Source of the DNA: Octopus bimaculoides
Lineage: Eukaryota
NCBI RefSeq assembly: GCF_001194135.2
Contig: NC_068990.1
Location: 17,748,959 to 17,812,958 of the forward strand
Direction: 5' to 3'
Length of the DNA: 64,000 nt
Below the pieces are notes generated by a model, which ran no database searches, was not told the origin of the DNA, and saw nothing but the letters and a program-made list of their open reading frames with translations. The translations under genes and the position numbers were made by a program. How positions within the stretch are numbered: the stretch's first letter is position 1; each line of letters starts with the position of its first letter. This document shows, in pieces, positions 63,790 through 64,000 of the stretch.

Positions 63790-64000
63790 TACGAGGCAAT
63801 GACCAAGACCTTTGGCATGATGTCGTGCTTGAGAAGAAGACCCACTGAGCTGAGCAAAATCGCAGTCATGGCAGATACTGGTGTCATGCAAATGGCATCC
63901 GTGCTGGTGGCACTCTCGGGGTGGTTGGTGTTAGGAAGGGCATCCAGCCATAGAAAACCATGCCAAATCAGACTGGGGTCTGGTGCAGCCTTCCAGCGTG
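63790..64000 (+). mobile_element. RTE LINE/SINE 3' end, truncated by the window edge
   Basis: GAGGCAATGACC...TTAGGAAGGGCATCCAGCCATAGAAAACCATGCCAAATCAGACTGG, homologous to 42960-43240. Confidence 0.75.

Overview
AT-rich, repeat-dense animal genomic DNA. The SINE/RTE repertoire and TTAGGG-type repeats suggest a coleoid cephalopod, probably an octopus (inference). Three genes can be read with consistent splice phases. (1) The last three coding exons of an axonemal dynein heavy chain (DNAH7-like, +, 426-2067). (2) FKBP-like (FKBPL, -, 5924-6787), with its whole CDS in one exon and a probable non-coding first exon near 8.9-9.1 kb. (3) Golgin-97 (GOLGA1, +, ATG at 42252), with ten well-supported coding exons plus one candidate up to 62044; the gene continues beyond the window. 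A CpG-retaining ETS/GC-box/CRE/YY1 promoter at about 9.6 kb probably drives FKBPL and the plus-strand transcript divergently. The rest is tRNA-derived SINEs, RTE-LINE fragments, MITEs, a deleted mariner, microsatellites and two N gaps. Three observations stand out. First, a loop-less 140-bp palindrome at 10374-10514 is an inverted dimer of a type I hammerhead ribozyme motif: the minus copy has an intact variant core (U3-A8) and the plus copy has a G5C change. Second, a Merlin-type fold-back MITE with 8-bp TSDs carries telomere-like repeats next to the promoter. Third, a chain of phase-compatible exon-like segments in the 32-kb stretch upstream of the GOLGA1 ATG may encode a cryptic or decayed membrane protein ending 12 nt before the GOLGA1 start. 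All alignments and folds were done by eye; no searches were run.
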